A stretch of DNA of 38,097 nt from Burkholderiales bacterium. Its GTDB lineage: Bacteria > Pseudomonadota > Gammaproteobacteria > Burkholderiales > SG8-41. This document shows, in pieces, positions 1 to 7,966 of the stretch (positions within the stretch are counted from its first letter, which is position 1; each line of letters begins with the position of its first letter). The notes under the pieces are model-generated. The model was not told the DNA's origin. It made no database searches and worked only from the letters and a program-made list of their open reading frames with translations. The DNA lies in contig JBKJPI010000027.1 in the NCBI GenBank assembly GCA_046595235.1, forward strand, positions 1 to 38,097, given 5' to 3'. The translations under genes were made by a program, and so were the position numbers.

Positions 1-1
1 C

Positions 2-907
2 GACAAGTTCTTCGGCACCAGTTTCTTCAACGCCGCCGGTGGTGGTGATCCGGTGATGTTCCAGCACATCTTCTGGTTCTTCGGCCACCCCGAGGTCTAC
101 ATCATGATTTTGCCGGCCTTCGGCATCGTGTCGCAGATCATTCCCGCGTTTTCGCGCAAGCCCCTGTTCGGGTATGCGTCGATGGTCTACGCCACGTCGT
201 CGATCGCAATCCTCTCCTTCATCGTGTGGGCGCATCACATGTTTACGGTCGGCATGAGCGCCTCGGCCCAGCTTTTCTTCATGTATGCGACGATGCTCAT
301 CGCGGTGCCGACGGGCGTGAAGGTGTTCAACTGGATTGCGACCATGTGGAAAGGCTCGCTCACTTTCGAGACGCCGATGCTTTTTGCGATCGGCTTCGTA
401 TTCGTGTTCTCGATGGGGGGCTTCACCGGGCTTGTGCTTGCAATTACCCCGATCGATATTCAGCTGCAGGACACCTACTATGTGGTGGCCCACTTCCATT
501 ACGTACTCGTCGCCGGCTCGCTCTTCGCGATCTTCGGCGGGGTGTATTACTGGATTCCCAAGTGGACGGGGCACATGTATGACGAGAAGCTCGGGCGCGT
601 GCATTTCTGGTGCACGATGATTTTCTTCAACGTGACCTTCTTCCCGATGCACTTCTCAGGGCTTGCCGGCATGCCGCGGCGGATCCCGGATTATTCGCTG
701 CAGTTCACCGACTTCAACATGATCTCGACGGTAGGTGCGTTCGGCTTCGGTCTTTCGCAGCTTCTCTTCCTCTTTATTGTCGTGAAGTGCATCAACGGCG
801 GTGAGAAAGCGTCTGACAAGTCGTGGGAAGGCGCGGAAGGACTTGAGTGGACCGTCCCTTCCCCGGCGCCGTACCACACCTTCGAGACACCGCCGGTCGT
901 AAGGTAA
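2..907 (+). CDS. ctaD: Cytochrome c oxidase (aa3-type) subunit I, C-terminal part; the 5' end lies outside the window
   Basis: The frame is open from the window edge ([34 protein letters not shown]...). It carries heme-copper oxidase subunit I signatures [15 protein letters not shown] and VAHFHYV. Stop at 905-907. Confidence 0.97.
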   Translation, partial: DKFFGTSFFNAAGGGDPVMFQHIFWFFGHPEVYIMILPAFGIVSQIIPAFSRKPLFGYASMVYATSSIAILSFIVWAHHMFTVGMSASAQLFFMYATMLIAVPTGVKVFNWIATMWKGSLTFETPMLFAIGFVFVFSMGGFTGLVLAITPIDIQLQDTYYVVAHFHYVLVAGSLFAIFGGVYYWIPKWTGHMYDEKLGRVHFWCTMIFFNVTFFPMHFSGLAGMPRRIPDYSLQFTDFNMISTVGAFGFGLSQLLFLFIVVKCINGGEKASDKSWEGAEGLEWTVPSPAPYHTFETPPVVR

Positions 908-929
908 CCGCAGGAATAACGTGCGCGCG

Positions 930-1031
930 ATGGAGCATGCAGTGAGCACCAAGGCGAAGACCGCGCTGATCATGGCGTCGATAGCGGCGGCGTTTTTCGC
1001 AGGCGTGGTCGTGAGGCACTGGTTCTGGTGA
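930..1031 (+). CDS. 33-aa single-TM micro-ORF between ctaD and ctaG (candidate cytochrome oxidase small assembly protein)
   Basis: ATG at 930 gives MEHAVSTKAKTALIMASIAAAFFAGVVVRHWFW, with one hydrophobic helix. It is below the ORF-track length cutoff. Its TGA (1029-1031) overlaps the GTG (1028-1030) of the ctaG ORF as GTGA, which suggests translational coupling. Confidence 0.5.
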   Translation: MEHAVSTKAKTALIMASIAAAFFAGVVVRHWFW

Positions 1032-1615
1032 GCGTCGCGCGTTCGACGGGGTCAGGAACGGCCCGCGACAATACGACGATGCTCAAGAAGCTTCTCGTCG
1101 TCACCGTTATCATGTTCGGCTTCGGCTTCGCGATGGTGCCGATCTACAAGAAGCTTTGCGAGGTCACCGGCCTCAACAACATCATCAAGCCCGACGCTGT
1201 GACGAACACGCAGGTCGACACCGGCCGCTCGGTCACGATGGAATTCGACGTGAACGTGCGCAACGATCTGCCGTGGACATTCAGGCCGCTCGAAAAAAGC
1301 GTGCGCTTTCATCCGGGGGAAATCGTTCAGGTCGAGTTCGAGGTCCGTAACAATTCGGACAAGGTGCTCACGGGCCAGGCGATCCCGAGCTGGGGTCCCC
1401 AGGTTGCCGGGCGCCACCTTCGAAAGCTCGACTGCTTCTGCTTCACCCAACAAACGCTTGCGCCTGGCGAGACGCGGCGCATGCCTGTTCTTTTCGTCGT
1501 CGAGACGACGCTGCCCACCGACGTAAGTTACGTGACGATGTCGTACACGTTTTTCCAGGTCGAAGGCAGGGTACGAAACGACGCCCTCCAAACCAAAGCA
1601 GGCGTTGCCGGGTGA
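1028..1615 (+). CDS. ctaG: Cytochrome c oxidase assembly protein CtaG/Cox11
   Basis: N-terminal TM segment followed by FAMVPIYKKLCEVTGLN and the CFCF copper-binding motif (KLDCFCFTQQ). The start is either GTG 1028 (coupled to the micro-ORF) or ATG 1079. Confidence 0.9.
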   Translation: MSVARSTGSGTARDNTTMLKKLLVVTVIMFGFGFAMVPIYKKLCEVTGLNNIIKPDAVTNTQVDTGRSVTMEFDVNVRNDLPWTFRPLEKSVRFHPGEIVQVEFEVRNNSDKVLTGQAIPSWGPQVAGRHLRKLDCFCFTQQTLAPGETRRMPVLFVVETTLPTDVSYVTMSYTFFQVEGRVRNDALQTKAGVAG

Positions 1616-1827
1616 ACGTCGTGAGCCCTCCTCACGCGCCGCGCCGCGCGAGCCCCATCCAGGTCGGCAAAGCGGTCTTCTGGTCGTTTCTGGGTATTCG
1701 CAAGCGCGCCACGCACGACAAGGATGCGGTAACGATCACGCCCGTCCAGGCGATCGTCGCCGGCGTCATCGGCGCAGCGCTTTTAGTGCTGAGCCTTGTA
1801 TTTCTCGTCAGCCGCATCACCGGCTGA
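1612..1827 (+). CDS. Small membrane protein, DUF2970-like
   Basis: 71-aa ORF with a C-terminal TM helix (AIVAGVIGAALLVLSLVFLV). Its GTG overlaps the ctaG stop as GTGA. The position between ctaG and coxC is typical for this family. Confidence 0.65.
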   Translation: MNVVSPPHAPRRASPIQVGKAVFWSFLGIRKRATHDKDAVTITPVQAIVAGVIGAALLVLSLVFLVSRITG

Positions 1828-1861
1828 GGCGTCAGAAAAAGATTAGGGGAGTGACACCAGG

Positions 1862-2713
1862 ATGCTGAACCAGAACACGCGCTATTACGTTCCCGAGCCT
1901 TCGACTTATCCGATCTTCGGTTCGGTCGCGCTGCTTTCGATGGCGCTCGGCGCTGCTTCGTGGTTCAACGGGGTCGGGTGGGGCAAGTATTTCGTGTTCG
2001 GCGGGCTGCTGGTGCTGATCTACATGATCGCCGGCTGGTTCGGCACCGTCGCGCGCGAGTCAGAGACGGGCAAATACAACAAGCAGGTCGATGCCGGCTT
2101 TCGCTGGGGGATGGGCTGGTTCATATTTTCAGAAGTCATGTTCTTCGGCGCGTTCTTCGGTGCGCTTTTTTACATGCGGATTCTTTCGGTCCCTGATTTG
2201 GGAAGCCTCGAGAGCCAGGCCCTCATCTGGCCTGGTTTCAAGCCCGGCTGGCCCGTATCCGGCCCCGGTATCGCCGAGCAGTTTACGCCCATGGGCGCGA
2301 TGGGCATTCCCGCGATCAACACGCTCATCCTGCTGACTTCCGGCGCCACCGTAACGTGGGCGCACTGGGGTCTTCTCAAGGAAAACCGCTCGCAGCTGAT
2401 CTGGGGTCTCGCCATGACGGTGGCTCTCGGCACGCTGTTCATCATATTCCAAGTCTACGAATACGCCCACGCGTACGGCGAACTCAACCTGAAGCTCACT
2501 GCGGGCGCTTACGGCGCCACGTTCTACATGCTGACGGGCTTTCACGGCTTTCACGTGACCATCGGCACGATCATGCTGACGGTGATTCTCTTCCGGAGCG
2601 TGGCAGGGCACTTCAAGCCGGAGCATCACTTCGGGTTCGAAGGCGTGGCGTGGTACTGGCACTTCGTCGACGTCGTCTGGCTGGGGCTCTTCATCTTCGT
2701 CTACTGGCTTTAG
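1862..2713 (+). CDS. coxC: Cytochrome c oxidase subunit III
   Basis: 283-aa polytopic protein with subunit III-like motifs (GFHGFHVTIGT, WYWHFVDVVWL). GGGGAG Shine-Dalgarno sequence upstream of ATG 1862. Confidence 0.95.
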   Translation: MLNQNTRYYVPEPSTYPIFGSVALLSMALGAASWFNGVGWGKYFVFGGLLVLIYMIAGWFGTVARESETGKYNKQVDAGFRWGMGWFIFSEVMFFGAFFGALFYMRILSVPDLGSLESQALIWPGFKPGWPVSGPGIAEQFTPMGAMGIPAINTLILLTSGATVTWAHWGLLKENRSQLIWGLAMTVALGTLFIIFQVYEYAHAYGELNLKLTAGAYGATFYMLTGFHGFHVTIGTIMLTVILFRSVAGHFKPEHHFGFEGVAWYWHFVDVVWLGLFIFVYWL

Positions 2714-2795
2714 GGCGGCGCTCGCCTTCAGCTCGGGCCTCGCCGACCTACCAACAGAAGGAAACCAAGGTTTCCCTCCGTAACCTCCTTTCCTT
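2714..2795 (+). repeat. Copy A of a roughly 83-nt intergenic repeat family (hairpin GAAGGAAACC-AA-GGTTTCCCTCC at 2757-2779)
   Basis: Near-identical to 21544-21626, and to 28924-28938 plus 29045-29096. It starts 1 nt after the coxC stop. Confidence 0.75.
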
Positions 2796-2801
2796 AGACA
2801 G

Positions 2802-2830
2802 AAAGCGCCGCACTCGTGCGGCGCTTTTTC
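2802..2830. terminator. Rho-independent terminator between convergent coxC and the DUF2909 gene
   Basis: AAAGCGCCGCAC-TCG-TGCGGCGCTTTTT: a 10-bp GC-rich stem with a T-run on the plus strand and a short A-run upstream. Confidence 0.75.
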
Positions 2831-3025
2831 TTATAGACGCTGATCGATGAACCCGAAGTAGGAGGCGAGGAGCAGCATCACGAAAAGCGCGATCGAGAGC
2901 CCGACACGCAGCGTGAGCGCTTTGACGGCGCGGCGTGACTGCCCCTTGTCTTTCATGACGTAATACAGCGCTGAAAACAGGCTGAAAAGTATGAAGACGA
3001 TGAAGCCGAGAACGACATACCGCAT
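2831..3025 (-). CDS. Twin transmembrane helix small protein (DUF2909-like)
   Basis: 64 aa with two hydrophobic helices separated by the basic loop KDKGQSRRAVK. It sits on the opposite strand inside the cox cluster. Confidence 0.7.
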   Translation of the reverse strand: MRYVVLGFIVFILFSLFSALYYVMKDKGQSRRAVKALTLRVGLSIALFVMLLLASYFGFIDQRL

Positions 3026-3120
3026 ATGGGGAACCTCTCGAGACGCGCGCGATCAATCTAACAGCAATTCAAAGGCCGATCTGATTCCTGCGAACAAGAT
3101 GCTCCGGGAGACCGGCGGCT

Positions 3121-3837
3121 GTGTTGGGGGTTAACCGCACTGGGGGCTTGTGGCCCCTGATTGCTGCGATCCTCGGTATCGCGATCACCGTTTCGCTCGG
3201 CAACTGGCAGCTGGGGCGCGCGGCACAGAAGCGCGACCTCAAATTACGCATCGAAACCTTGTCCGCGCAGCCGCCGCTCAAAGTCTCAGGCGTTGAGCGC
3301 CCACCTGAGGAGCTCGAGCTTCGTCGCGTGGAAGCGCGCGGGGTTTTCGATCCGAGGCACACTGTTTTTGTCGATAACCGCATTCGCCGCGGCGTTCCGG
3401 GATTCCACGTCGTAACACCTTTGAAACTGGCAGGCAGCGAGCGTCACGTGCTGGTAAATCGCGGCTGGGTTGCGGGCACCCCCGAGCGGTCGAGGCTGCC
3501 TCAGGTGCGCACGCCGGAAGGTGAGCTCACCGTACAGGGCATGGCGACCGTGCCGGGGAAGCGAGTGTTCGAGCTCTCGCAGAACGTGATGGAGGGGCGC
3601 ATCTGGCAGAACCTCACGATCGAGCGTTACCGCCAGGCGGTGCCGATCAGCATTCAGCCCTTCGCGATCCGGCAGGACAGCGAGCTCGAGGACGGACTCG
3701 TGCGCGACTGGGACCCGCCCGATTTCGGGATCGACAGGCACTACGGCTACGCTTTCCAGTGGTTTGCGCTGGCCGCCACAATACTGGTGTTCTATGCAGT
3801 CACCCGATACCGCCGCTTCAGCAAATCTCGCGCGTAG
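3121..3837 (+). CDS. SURF1 family cytochrome oxidase biogenesis protein
   Basis: N-terminal TM segment followed by LGNWQLGRAAQKRDL, a C-terminal TM segment after YAFQWFALA, and cox-cluster context. GTG start at 3121. Confidence 0.85.
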   Translation: MLGVNRTGGLWPLIAAILGIAITVSLGNWQLGRAAQKRDLKLRIETLSAQPPLKVSGVERPPEELELRRVEARGVFDPRHTVFVDNRIRRGVPGFHVVTPLKLAGSERHVLVNRGWVAGTPERSRLPQVRTPEGELTVQGMATVPGKRVFELSQNVMEGRIWQNLTIERYRQAVPISIQPFAIRQDSELEDGLVRDWDPPDFGIDRHYGYAFQWFALAATILVFYAVTRYRRFSKSRA

Positions 3838-4381
3838 CCGCCGCACGTTGTGGCTGATTCTTCTCACGTGCGCGGCGCCGATCATCGCTTCGTACGTCGC
3901 CTACCATTTCTGGGCGCCGACGGGACGGGTGAACTACGGCGATCTCATCGAGCCGCACCGGCTGCCCGATCGCGCGCTGGTGGCGAGCGACGGTTCGCCC
4001 TTCCGTTTCGCGGAGCTCCAGGGCGCGTGGGTGCTGGTCACGCCCGGTTCTGCTGCCTGCGATGCGATGTGCCGCCGGAAGCTCGTGTACATGCGACAGG
4101 TTCGGCTCGCGCAGTCGAAAGAAAGCGGGCGTATCGAGCGCGTGTGGCTGCTGACGGATAACGGCATCCCTGATGCGGCGCTCATCGCAGACCATCCGGG
4201 GCTGCGCATCGTTCGCGGTGCCGACGTCGCCGCAAGCCTGCCGGCGCTGCGGGCGCCTGCGGATCACATTTACGTCGTCGATCCACTCGGCAATCTCATG
4301 ATGCGTTTCCCCGCGGATCCCGATCCGAAACGAATGCTCAAAGATCTGTCGCGCCTTCTGAGACATTCGAAGTGGAAATAA
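3794..4381 (+). CDS. Membrane-anchored hypothetical protein with a CxxxC motif (Sco/thioredoxin-like?)
   Basis: N-terminal TM segment (LWLILLTCAAPIIASYVAY) and GAWVLVTPGSAACDAMCRRKL. It lies between SURF1 and ctaA. ATG 3794 overlaps the SURF1 3' end by 44 nt, so the start is uncertain. Confidence 0.6.
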   Translation: MQSPDTAASANLARSRRTLWLILLTCAAPIIASYVAYHFWAPTGRVNYGDLIEPHRLPDRALVASDGSPFRFAELQGAWVLVTPGSAACDAMCRRKLVYMRQVRLAQSKESGRIERVWLLTDNGIPDAALIADHPGLRIVRGADVAASLPALRAPADHIYVVDPLGNLMMRFPADPDPKRMLKDLSRLLRHSKWK

Positions 4382-5382
4382 GCGTTCGCTACAGGCGGCT
4401 CGTGCTCTTCACGGCGTGCCTTACCTTCGTGGTGGTGGTCGTCGGTGCCTACGTGCGCCTCGCCGATGCGGGTCTCGGCTGTCCTGACTGGCCCGGCTGC
4501 TATGGCAGCGTGACGCCCCTTCACGCAGCTGAAGAAATCTCGAGGGCTGTGAAAGCGCAAGGTGGCGAGCACGGCCCCGTTTCGCTGACCAAGGCCTGGA
4601 AGGAGATGGCGCATCGCTATCTCGCCGGCACGCTCGGGCTTCTCATTCTTTCGATCACGGTCGTTGCCTGGCGGCGGCGCAGCGTGCTTCGCGATTCGCC
4701 TGCACTGCCGTTCGCGCTCCTCGGGCTTGTCGTGTTCCAGGCAGCACTGGGAATGTGGACGGTCACGCTCCTGCTGAAACCCGTCATCGTGACGCTGCAC
4801 CTGCTCGGGGGAATGGCCACGCTTGCTCTTGTCGCGTGGCTCAGCCTCCGTCAGCTGCATACCGAGCCCGCGGTGAGAGTGCGCGACGCGGCGCACCTCA
4901 GAAAATGGGCCGCACTCGGCCTCGTGATCGTTGCTGTGCAGATTGCGCTTGGCGGCTGGGTATCGAGCAACTACGCAGCGCTCGCATGCGTCGATCTGCC
5001 GACGTGTCATGGTGACTGGGTGCCGCGTATGGATTTCGAGCACGGCTTCCAGCTGGTGCGGGAGCTTGGGATGACCTCGGACGGGGGCTACCTGGCATAT
5101 GAAGCGCTGACCGCAATTCACTGGACGCATCGGGCGGGGGCGCTGATTACCTTCGCCTACATCGGCGCGCTTGCTGTGGCGCTCATGCAATTGCACGCGA
5201 CTAGAGGGTACGGCGTCGCGCTGGCCGCAGTTTTGATCCTGCAGGTGGCGCTCGGCCTCGCGAATGTGGCCGCAGGCCTGCCGCTCGTCGTCGCAGTCGC
5301 GCACAATGCGGTGGCCGCGCTTTTGCTGGTGCAGGTCGTGGTGATAAACTTCGTTCTTTCCCGCGTGTCCTCTTCCTCCTGA
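4372..5382 (+). CDS. ctaA: Heme A synthase (COX15/CtaA)
   Basis: Polytopic protein with a cysteine pair GCPDWPGC and a second pair [14 protein letters not shown] 4372 overlaps the upstream stop. Confidence 0.9.
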   Translation: MEISVRYRRLVLFTACLTFVVVVVGAYVRLADAGLGCPDWPGCYGSVTPLHAAEEISRAVKAQGGEHGPVSLTKAWKEMAHRYLAGTLGLLILSITVVAWRRRSVLRDSPALPFALLGLVVFQAALGMWTVTLLLKPVIVTLHLLGGMATLALVAWLSLRQLHTEPAVRVRDAAHLRKWAALGLVIVAVQIALGGWVSSNYAALACVDLPTCHGDWVPRMDFEHGFQLVRELGMTSDGGYLAYEALTAIHWTHRAGALITFAYIGALAVALMQLHATRGYGVALAAVLILQVALGLANVAAGLPLVVAVAHNAVAALLLVQVVVINFVLSRVSSSS

Positions 5383-6281
5383 TGTCGTCCGCCGTCGTCG
5401 GGCAGCCTTTCGGCTCCCGCGCCCACCAGTTCTATCAGCTAACGAAGCCGCGCGTCGTCTCGCTCATCGTCTTTACAGCGGTGATCGGCATGTTCCTCGC
5501 GGTTCCGGGCGCCGTGCCGCTGCAGGTGTTGCTGGCGGCGACGGCCGGCATCGCGCTCGTCGCCGGCGCGGCTGCCGCGATGAACTGTCTGGTCGAGCAG
5601 AAGATCGACGCGATCATGCTGCGCACCAGCCGCAGGCCCCTTCCACGCGGGACGCTCACGTCGATGCAGACGCTGATTTTCGCGGGTGCGATCGGCGGTC
5701 TGGGACTCGCGCTTCTGTACCACTGGGTCAACGCGCTCACGATGTGGCTGACACTCGCAACCTTCGTCGGCTACGCGATCGTCTACACGGTGATACTCAA
5801 ACCCATGACGCCGCAGAACATCGTGATCGGCGGCGCGTCGGGCGCCATGCCCCCGGTGCTCGGCTGGGCCGCCGTGACGGGAGAAGTCACCGCTGATGCG
5901 CTCACGCTCTTCCTGATCATCTTCGCATGGACGCCGCCGCACTTCTGGGCGCTCGCACTCTACCGCAAGCACGAATATGCGAAGGCGGGAGTGCCGATGT
6001 TGCCCGTGACGCACGGCGACAAGTTCACGCGGCTTCACGTGCTGCTCTATACGGTGATCCTCTGCGCGTGTTCGCTCCTGCCTTTCGTGGTGCGCATGAG
6101 CGGCCTCATTTACCTCGCGGCGGCGGTCGTGCTGGGTGCGATGTTCATGTCCTATGCGATACGCATTTACACGTCCTACACCGATGCACTTGCCCGCCGG
6201 ACCTTCCGCTTTTCGATCACGTATCTCGCGGCGCTTTTTGCCGCGCTGCTCGTCGATCATTACTTCCGCATCCTTCTCTAG
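5382..6281 (+). CDS. ctaB: Protoheme IX farnesyltransferase (heme O synthase)
   Basis: UbiA-type prenyltransferase features ([41 protein letters not shown]). Its ATG overlaps the ctaA TGA by 1 nt. Confidence 0.95.
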   Translation: MSSAVVGQPFGSRAHQFYQLTKPRVVSLIVFTAVIGMFLAVPGAVPLQVLLAATAGIALVAGAAAAMNCLVEQKIDAIMLRTSRRPLPRGTLTSMQTLIFAGAIGGLGLALLYHWVNALTMWLTLATFVGYAIVYTVILKPMTPQNIVIGGASGAMPPVLGWAAVTGEVTADALTLFLIIFAWTPPHFWALALYRKHEYAKAGVPMLPVTHGDKFTRLHVLLYTVILCACSLLPFVVRMSGLIYLAAAVVLGAMFMSYAIRIYTSYTDALARRTFRFSITYLAALFAALLVDHYFRILL

Positions 6282-6312
6282 CGCCGGCGCAGGCGTCGCG
6301 CGCCTGTCGTTC

Positions 6313-6885
6313 GTGCTGCTTCTCGCATGCGCGCTCGCGCTCGGGGCCGGGTGCGGCGGCGAACGCACTGCGGTCAAGTTCCGGCTGACCGATGTCACCG
6401 GCGCCCCCTGGGGCAAGAAACTCGAGCTCACTGACCATACCGGTCAGCGGCGCACGCTGACAGACTTCAAGGGGAAGGTGGTCGTCCTCTTCTTCGGATT
6501 CACCCATTGTCCCGATGCATGCCCGACGACCCTGGCAGAGCTTGCAACCGTCGCGCGCGCGCTCGGCCCGCTCGCGGAGCGTCTGCAGGTTCTGCTGGTG
6601 ACGGTCGATCCTGAGCGCGACACCCAGGAAGTTCTCAGTAAATACGTTCCATCGTTCAACCCTGCGTTCCTCGGGCTTTACGGCACACTGGAAGAAACCA
6701 CGGCAGCGGCCAGGGAGTTCAAGGTGTATTTCCAGAAGCAGCCCCAACCCGCTGGAAACTACACCCTCGACCATTCCGCGGGAACGTTCGTGCTCGACAC
6801 GCAAGGCCGCCTGAGGCTGTTCGGGCAATACGGGGCCGGGGCCGACGCCCTGCTTCAAGATATCCGAGCATTGCTGAACGAGTGA
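6313..6885 (+). CDS. SCO1/SenC copper chaperone, probable lipoprotein
   Basis: FFGFTHCPDACP CxxxC motif, a downstream DHS motif (YTLDHSAGTF) and a lipobox LGAGC. The start is ambiguous among GTG 6313, CTG 6304 and ATG 6184. Confidence 0.82.
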   Translation: MLLLACALALGAGCGGERTAVKFRLTDVTGAPWGKKLELTDHTGQRRTLTDFKGKVVVLFFGFTHCPDACPTTLAELATVARALGPLAERLQVLLVTVDPERDTQEVLSKYVPSFNPAFLGLYGTLEETTAAAREFKVYFQKQPQPAGNYTLDHSAGTFVLDTQGRLRLFGQYGAGADALLQDIRALLNE

Positions 6886-6931
6886 TTGCCAGAGTGTGAC
6901 CGGGCAATCACCAGAAGCGATGGCAAACCCT

Positions 6932-6963
6932 AAAAAAAAACCCGGCCGGAGCCGGGTTTTTTT
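6932..6963. terminator. Bidirectional rho-independent terminator between SCO1 (+) and rpoH (-)
   Basis: AAAAAAAAA-CCCGGC-CGGA-GCCGGG-TTTTTTT: a symmetric A-run and T-run flank a GC stem. Confidence 0.85.
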
Positions 6964-6983
6964 GCGGACACGCTGGGCGGCGG

Positions 6984-7835
6984 TTACGCCGCCGCGCCCA
7001 TGGCGCCTTTCATCTTCGACAGCGCCTTCGCCTCGATCTGCCGGATGCGCTCGGCCGAGACGCCGAACTCGGACGCGAGGTCGTGCAGCGTCGCCGAAGC
7101 GTTTTCGGTCAGCCAGCGCGCTTCGATGATGCGGCGGCTGCGCGTATCGAGCGTTTCCAGCGCTTCTTCGAGCCCATGGCTTCGCAGGCCGGCCGTCTGC
7201 TGTTGCTCCAGTTGCACGTCAGGCTCGACGGCATCGGAGGTGAGATAGGCAATGGGCGCAAAGGCGTTATCGTCATTGTCATCGCCCAGCGGCTCGAGCG
7301 CGACGTCCTGACCGGAGAGGCGCGTTTCCATCTCTACGACCTCCTCCGGCTTTACGCCGAGCTGTTTCGCCATGGCCTGCACTTCGGTGGCGCCCATGGT
7401 GCCCAGGCCCTGCTTCATGCCGCGCAGGTTGAAGAAGAGCTTGCGCTGCGCTTTCGTGGTCGCGACTTTGACGATGCGCCAGTTGCGCAGGATGAATTCA
7501 TGCATCTCGGCGCGGATCCAGTGCACCGCGAAAGATACGAGCCGCACACCGCGCTCGGGGTCGAATCGCTTCACGGCCTTCATGAGGCCGATGTTGCCTT
7601 CCTGGATCAGATCAGCCTGCTGTAGACCGTAACCCATGTAACCGCGCGCAATGGCGACGACCACGCGCAGATGTGACAGGACCAGCTCGCGCGCCGCACC
7701 GAGGTCGGCGGAATCGCGCAGGCGGCGGCCGTATTCAGTCTCCTGCTCCTGCGTGAGAATGGGAAAGCGGTTGACGGTCTGGATGTAGGTATCAAGGCTG
7801 CCCGCAGCCGGGATAGGTAACGCTAAAGCAGACAT
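6984..7835 (-). CDS. rpoH: RNA polymerase sigma-32 factor
   Basis: MSALALPIPAAGSLDTYIQTVNRFPILT..., plus an RpoH-box-like QRKLFFNLR and sigma-70 region 2 and 4 motifs. ATG at 7835 is preceded by AAGGGGA. The ORF-track extension to 7877 is not needed. Confidence 0.95.
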   Translation of the reverse strand: MSALALPIPAAGSLDTYIQTVNRFPILTQEQETEYGRRLRDSADLGAARELVLSHLRVVVAIARGYMGYGLQQADLIQEGNIGLMKAVKRFDPERGVRLVSFAVHWIRAEMHEFILRNWRIVKVATTKAQRKLFFNLRGMKQGLGTMGATEVQAMAKQLGVKPEEVVEMETRLSGQDVALEPLGDDNDDNAFAPIAYLTSDAVEPDVQLEQQQTAGLRSHGLEEALETLDTRSRRIIEARWLTENASATLHDLASEFGVSAERIRQIEAKALSKMKGAMGAAA

Positions 7836-7863
7836 TGCAAATCCCCTTATTCGTAGTACCGAA

Positions 7864-7910
7864 AGTTTAGCACTCACATTCTAAGAGTGCCAAGATGCGG
7901 TAAAAGTTCC
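7864..7910 (-). promoter_or_regulatory. Candidate rpoH promoters: sigma-E-like GGAACTT-N17-TCTTA overlapping sigma-70-like TTGGCA-N18-TAAACT
   Basis: Read on the minus strand, GGAACTT is the complement of 7904-7910 and TCTTA of 7882-7886; TTGGCA is the complement of 7888-7893 and TAAACT of 7864-7869. These are motif matches only. Confidence 0.3.
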
Positions 7911-7966
7911 GCTTCGAATGCTGGAAATACGCTGTCAGGACAACGCGTTGAACTCTGAGTGAGCAC

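Noticed and set aside
3029-3050. GGAACCTCTCGAGACGCGCGCG resembles the left end of the 25738 element (GGAACCTCTGAATAAGTCCCGCGCGG).
   Set aside because: Only a 9-nt exact match, which is plausible by chance in a window of this size on two strands. Here it is simply the reverse complement of the Shine-Dalgarno region (GAGGTTCC) of the DUF2909 gene. No inverted-repeat partner lies nearby.
7836-7877. N-terminal extension of rpoH in the ORF track (MSAKLSVLRIRGFA...). Analogous extensions occur for prs (23063-23272, crossing the tRNA), ychF (25967-26011), yebC (31464-31601), the DUF4340 gene (16539-16724), the M16 genes, tolQ and the ankyrin gene.
   Set aside because: Internal start codons give the canonical family N-termini and lengths, often with a Shine-Dalgarno sequence or a stop/start overlap. 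The extensions overlap upstream genes, a tRNA or intergenic elements.
7886-7893. A TGGCAC motif upstream of rpoH looked like a sigma-54 -24 element.
   Set aside because: There is no TTGC-type -12 element at the required spacing; the downstream sequence is TCTTAGAATG.
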